In this document: one piece after another, positions 59,190 to 64,000 of the stretch
Layout of the letters: every line of letters starts with the position of its first letter
Position numbering within the stretch: position 1 is the first letter of the stretch
NCBI GenBank assembly: GCA_973895155.1
Contig: OZ316893.1
Coordinates: forward strand, 1,364,860-1,428,859
Direction of reading: 5' to 3'
Length of the DNA: 64,000 nt
From: Marsupella aquatica
Taxonomy: Eukaryota > Plantae > Marchantiophyta
Position numbers and translations under genes: made by a program
Notes under the pieces: generated by a model
The model's database searches: none
Told to the model about the DNA's origin: nothing
What the model saw: the letters and a program-made list of their open reading frames with translations, nothing else

Positions 59190-61556
59190 TATCATGGTCA
59201 TAACCTCTTAATATTCTTTCCTTATGATAGTCATTGGCCATTTCATTTCTCCTCCTGGATTTCCGTTATAGATAGTCTACCGGCCTTAGATCGTCCACCA
59301 ACAAATTACAATATCTCACATCGCTTTACTAGTAGGCTCATTGGCGTACTGTAACATACACGAGATTATTATTATCCTGTTCATCCAGTTCTCAGTGTTC
59401 CACTGGATATCCAAAATCTCAACCCCGGAAACTTTGTTTTAGTTTTATAAACTTCACTGTATCTTGTTGGTGGTGGTTTAGAAGCTAAGGTCTATTAAGA
59501 CTAGAGCATTGTTTGATGGTAAGCACATGCACAAACCATGAAGATTGATGTAATTGTAAATGTTGATCTTACCATGTACCACCGCAAAAATTCATATTCA
59601 TATTTATTTAGCTCTAACGCACCTTAATCTTCAACAAGATTTCCCATCCAAATTATTAAGCCAAGCTGAGTGTCCGCACATTGCATCCCATGGGCTTGTG
59701 CCCGAGTGTAGTGAAGTAACTGACAGGAAAGTAATCAAGATGATCAACTTGTCTAATTCCACTCAAATGTCATAATGGCTTACTCATAATTGGTACAGTA
59801 AAATAGCTGCTACCCGGAAGTGGATTGAAGAGTCGTCCCAGTAACCATCTAGAAATTAAAAAAAGGATTTCCATTAAGACAACAGAGATCGTGTTAGGAT
59901 TGCAGGGAGCTGATCAATAGGCCATGTAGGATTAGTACAAGAAAACAACGTTCCACAACTTCATCTTCTCAAATTCTCGATGCGGCTACTTTAGTTCCCG
60001 GGCAACTTGTCAAGCGTCTGCAAGACCCAGTTGGCCCCAAAATTCCAAAATTGGCACACTTATTTGAGGACTTGAGTTCGAGTGATTCAATGAGCAAGCC
60101 CATTAAAGAAGCATTATATCTTCAGTTTAAATGGCTGTAGGAAGAGATCATATGAGCCCAGGATTTGAGTTTGATACATGTCTTGAGCAAGCTCATTCAG
60201 TGTGTATGACTGTTGGAAGGAATCATATCAGCCCCGGATGATATCTGTTCTATGAAAGTCATGCAACAAACACAAAAAGTCGTTCATTCCCATCATTCGG
60301 TTGCCCAATAAGTTGCATCACGGCTTCAGACACAACAAGATTCCTCGAAATCATTTTCAATTTGAGGTTACAATAGTCGTTCGTTTCCAGTGAAGCCTTC
60401 CCTTGCCGACAAATGCGCGACCTCGCCGCCAAAGCAGTTCCACGATCTCGGTAAAGCAAAGAAAAGGCGTTTCCGAGCTTTCAGTGGATTCCTTTTACTG
60501 TGAGAACAATTGACAAAGCACCCTTTGTCGAAGTAAAAATCTGGCGTTCAGTTCCAGGTGGGCACAAGGGATTCACTGAGCTGCCACGCCAACACAGGGG
60601 TCGACGCTTTGCCCATTAGAAGCTGCCATGTGGCCGTGGTGCCAAGCTGTCACAAACTGGGTCACTCCGGTCTTCACGAGTTCACGCTGTGGTGCTGCCG
60701 CCTTCCAGTTCAGCGAGGTTGCTTATTTTAGCTCCCGTTTTTGTTTCTTTTTGTGGGTGGGTGCGAATGTCAAGTATATATCAGTATTCGCCTTACTCCA
60801 GTAGTACCTACGATAGTCCACGTGATGCGTTATTGAAGTCAGCATTGGAAGATCGCATTCGCGCCTCGAAAGATTTGTGAACAGACCTGCTGGATCGATC
60901 GACCCTGCTCTGCTTGGTCGACTGATGAAATTTATTTGTGTGCATGTCTTTGTGCATTACATTGTTTCGTTGGTCTGATTTACGTGCCGCACTGGAGCTC
61001 GAGTAGCTAGAGTAGATTGTTTCGAGTCAACTTCACGTGCTCTGCAGCAGGAAGAAGATCGTCTCCTCGGTTGGGTTTTTTTTTTTTTTCTGTGAAAGTC
61101 ACATCAACCCGAACGGTAAACTTGTGACAAGGTACAGGATTCGTATCTATCCAGAACGACGAGGACAGTCGCTGATTTGGCAGTCTTTGCCAGCTTCGCT
61201 ACAACAGAAGCGCCAGCCTTTCTGTTCGAATCTTGTCACCAAACTCTCGGTTGAACATCAGCTACATCAGCTACTCTTGGTCTTCTGTTTTGTTCCGTTC
61301 AGTTCTGTTCCGTTCTGTTCTGTTCTGCTTTGTTCTACAGAAGGACGTTTCTTGTTGTTGTTCCCTTCTGCTGGTTAGCAGTTATTTGCATTGAGCGATT
61401 AGTCTAGAAGCCAGAAGCAGCAGTTAGTCCTGCTCCATTTGCCGGTGAAATTCTGCAGAACGGTTCTGCAGGTTTTAGAGGATCACAGAAGTTTGAGAGA
61501 AAGAAAGGAAGGTCAGAGAAAGGTTGGGGAGATCCACAGCGACAAAAGTATTAGTC

Positions 61557-63590
61557 ATGGCACAGACGCAGAAACCCACAGCACCCATTCCTCAGCAGCA
61601 ACCTGCACCATCGGCTCCCAAGCAAGCGGGCAGCAGCGAAGACGCGAATAAGAATGCGCTAGTGAACGCAGACAGTCCGGCGAAGGAGAAGCTGATCCAA
61701 GAGAGCAGATCCGCGCCGGATTCCCCTAAAACGCCCACGGATGAGAAATCGCCAAGGGCTCTGAAGGCGCACAACATTTCCCCTGGTGAGAGAGGCTCCA
61801 ATCTGAAAGCCGAAGCATTCGCAGATGCACACAGTAAGAGAGTGGAGGCCGAAGCGCAAGCCTACATTGAATCGGAAGTGAGGAAAGCTGAAGCCCAGGC
61901 GGAAAAACAGAAGGTAGACTCGCCGACCTTTCCTCTTGTCATGTCGTATTGTCTCTCTCCTCTACTCGACTCTACTCTGTCTGGTTTCGTCGTGTGCATA
62001 AATTCAGGTGGCATGTCTACCGGGTGCAAGGTGGGTAGAACTCTATTGAATGTGGGTCATTCCTCCCCTCCTTTTCTTCGTTACAGCCTCCTGTTCAACG
62101 AAGCAAAGAAATCAGTTGTTTTTTCTCCGTCACATCTGATAGCTGTTGGTCAGTGCAATGGGCACCTAGTTCCAACCCCTTTCAGTTTGTGGGCTCCACT
62201 TTTCGTGATTAGGATATATATGATCATCCTGCAAAGGTTGAGCGACTACGAGCTCTAGGCTAACCAAAACAGGGTTGGACACGACGGGGCATCGTTCTAT
62301 TGGACACTGAGCCTTGTGTTGCAAAGGGATAGGGGTGGACATGTCAATGGGCAGAACCACTGTCATAGTCTATTATTGACTACTGGATAGACACCTTACG
62401 GCAGGATCTTGTTGTTTGCAGGCTATTGCAGACAAGGAAAGAATGCGAGAAGAAGCGAAGGCCGCTGAAAACCTCAAGAAGGAAGAGCAGCGGGCTGATC
62501 AAGTAGTGCATGCCGCTGAGGTTGGTGTACAAATTGCTTTGCAAGCGGAATCTATCCGTCCGTCTGTCAATGAGATTTTTTTTGGTTAACGCAAATGTCT
62601 GTAATCCGTGACTGAACCGGCATTTAATTGGAATTTCTCCTCACGACCAATGCCTGTCATTCTTTATTCCGTCTTTGTTATCCTCTATGCATAGAGATCG
62701 TCGTCTTGCCTCAGTTCTTTGAAAAAAATAGCTCTTAGCAATGCTTCGTAGCAAAATAGTGGATATTGAGAGTGCCAGCCTTACTTTTGAAAAGCTGCGT
62801 GACACGACAAGCAGTGCTAGCGTAGGAGGACTGAGAACTGAAGTAACTCAATGGTGTGGGATTTGTCGTTTGCACAGCTCAAAGCCGCCAAACTCATAGA
62901 GCAGGCGAAGGAGAAGGCTGTGATGATCAAGGCAAACGCAAAGGAAGTATGTGAGAAGCACATCGCGGAGGCGCATACTTCCTCAGAGAGGGTAAGTGTT
63001 GTGCTTGATTTGTGGGCCATGAGTCCATAGAACTGTGTTAGAACTGTGTTACTGCTCAGTACTTTAGCAACGTCAATCAGATCATACCTTCTTAGTTAAT
63101 GACAGTGAAACACCACTTCGTTAAGTTTTAAACATTTTGTGCCCTAGCAAGTGTGGTATTCATCCATTTGTTTCAATCTCTCACGAGGTCTCTCACGAGA
63201 GAGTTGACACTAGATACTGCACATCTCGATTAGTATGTTTTATTAGAAGACTTTCGTTAACCCGGAATGGTATTCACATGCGGACGAATGATAGTTTTGA
63301 TCCACTTCGTGAGTGCAGCAATTCATAGTAATCCTTGCTACGTGTACGCCAATTCAATTGGTTCTTGTTATAGTACTTTATTCTGCTACTTGAATATAGA
63401 ATGGTCTCTTATTTTGCCAAAATTGTTGTTATCTGAACAGGAGAAGGCATCTATAGATGAAGGGAAATCTAGGAAATTCGCGGAAATCAAGGATCACGCG
63501 GAAACGATGATTGCAGCTGGAGAGCTCGTTTCACCTACCCGCAAAGGTGTAGGCCAGAGACTGAAGCAAAATCTCATCTGTCATTCTTAG
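61557..63590 (+). CDS. Remorin-like coiled-coil protein, 239 aa; exons 61557-61913, 62422-62520, 62878-62991, 63441-63590
   Basis: P/S-rich disordered N-terminus and a long A/E/K coiled coil ending IAEAHTSSEREKASIDEGKSRKFAEIKDHAETMIAAGELVSP (Remorin_C-like), with a C-terminal Cys (LICHS). Three phase-0 GT-AG introns. The gene model is firmer than the family call. Confidence 0.7.
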
Positions 63591-64000
63591 ATGAGCTTGT
63601 TATCAATGATCCTTAGATTAACTTGTCTTGAATTATTATACGAGTCGACTTGTCTGCTACCATCAGAAAGTGTTTAGACGAGGCCTTTTTTCACTTTGCA
63701 TATAGAAGCGAGTTCTTTCCACCTCGGAGAACAATACTTCGTGTACAGATTTTAGCTGTTGACCAAGTGATACTACTTGGAGTCGGGAGAAAGATAGGTT
63801 TCAAATTTCCGTCTTGAGAATGTATTGAGAGTATTGAGCAGCCGTTTGCGGGAAAAACGAAACTGGCTGTTTTGGAAGGCAAAATGTTGTAAAGGTTTCC
63901 TTCGAAACAAGTAGACGGCTTTTTTGACCATGCTTCTCTTCTTACTTTCTGAGCTGCATCCGAAGGTGAGCAATATTTGCCTTTGTGACCATGTTTCTCT

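Noticed and set aside
60639-60650. GTGCCAAGCTGT resembling part of miR536
   Set aside because: Only a 12-nt match, and no complementary arm nearby to form a precursor hairpin.

Overview
Eukaryotic, intron-rich plant nuclear DNA. It is most likely from a land plant with flagellated sperm (bryophyte-like), judged from an intact PKA catalytic subunit gene. Six spliced protein genes can be assembled by hand, all on the + strand: a group I WRKY factor (6707-10110), complex I subunit NDUFS4 (31265-32839), a BAP29/31-like ER membrane protein (37726-39454), a CYP71-clan P450 (47201-49898), a 12-exon PKA catalytic subunit (53504-59038, with a GC-AG intron and an intronic tRNA-Ala), and a remorin-like coiled-coil protein (61557-63590). 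The most striking structure is a pair of different full-length Pong-like PIF/Harbinger transposons (15106-19580 and 19640-23191). They lie 59 bp apart in mirror orientation, and each has TIRs, TTA target duplications and convergent transposase and ORF1 genes. The first looks intact and carries a candidate third gene (acidic tract plus NLS) between its two ORFs. The second has a single +1 frameshift in its transposase. Also present are two solo LTRs of one family with 5-bp TSDs, small MITE-like or foldback elements, W-box clusters around the WRKY gene, an orphan twin zinc-ribbon ORF, and many local tandem duplications. All models were read by eye and no database search was possible.
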